Made by a program: the position numbers and the translations under genes
Assembly (NCBI GenBank): GCA_002898215.1
Contig: BEIF01000001.1
Location: forward strand, 841,602-905,601
Source of the DNA: a bacterium HR29
GTDB taxonomy: Bacteria; Chloroflexota; Dehalococcoidia; Tepidiformales; Tepidiformaceae
Direction: 5' to 3'
Length of the DNA stretch: 64,000 nucleotides
Notes under the pieces: model-generated
Told to the model about the DNA's origin: nothing
The model's input: only the letters and a program-made list of their open reading frames with translations
Databases searched by the model: none
Part shown: in pieces, positions 63,910 through 64,000 of the stretch
Numbering within the stretch: position 1 is the stretch's first letter
How the letters are laid out: every line of letters begins with the position of its first letter

Positions 63910-64000
63910 GCGTCGTCGCCGGGGAGCGCGCCTTCCGCGCGCAGAGCGAGGAGCGCCTCCCGCCACGCCTCCAGCGTGCGGGCGATGTCCTCGGAGGTGT
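63906..64000 (-). CDS. 3' end of an unidentified gene (..TSEDIARTLEAWREALLALRAEGALPGDDA-stop); remainder lies outside the window
   Basis: In-frame reading to the window edge, ending in a TGA that overlaps the next start. Confidence 0.3.
   Translation of the reverse strand, partial: TSEDIARTLEAWREALLALRAEGALPGDDA

Overview
High-GC (about 68-70%) bacterial chromosomal segment. It is densely coding: about 70 credible CDS, 5 tRNA genes, no rRNA, no CRISPR array and no recognisable transposase or integrase. The gene content and promoter style fit a deep-branching high-GC lineage such as Chloroflexota/Thermomicrobia or an actinobacterium. Supporting traits are the nusA-ylxR-infB-rbfA-truB block, dxr-rseP, a stand-alone FTR catalytic subunit, a small DUF5679 zinc ribbon and many leaderless-type promoters. 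This taxonomic placement is inference only.

Main blocks:
- SDR pair, uppP and sbcDC.
- A large STAND/TPR/SARP-BTAD regulator followed by a tiny signal-peptide ORF.
- A siderophore/B12-type ABC importer.
- A CoA-transferase and enoyl-CoA hydratase cluster.
- A complete monoderm-style Tad/Flp pilus locus preceded by an ECF sigma factor.
- A minimal merR-merA operon.
- A two-subunit ADP-forming acyl-CoA synthetase.
- nadBC.
- Translation and transcription housekeeping genes.

Most noteworthy observations:
1. A regulator, peptide and membrane-protein cassette at 8895-12871. Its layout resembles peptide-signalling (RRNPP-like) cassettes, but it is built on a STAND-SARP regulator. An 11-bp-periodic direct repeat sits in front of the peptide ORF.
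2. A perfect CIRCE (HrcA) operator at 53843-53869. It lies between tRNA-Ser and an FmdB-type zinc-ribbon gene, not next to chaperone genes.
3. A near-identical three-copy ~163-bp tandem duplication of the 3' end of an SDR gene.
4. A textbook MerR-type 19-bp-spacer promoter with a 9-3-9 dyad driving an apparently leaderless merR-merA transcript.
5. Two small genes missing from the ORF track: a second Flp pilin and a DUF5679 zinc ribbon.

No database searches were possible. All family calls rest on motifs I recognise in the translations.
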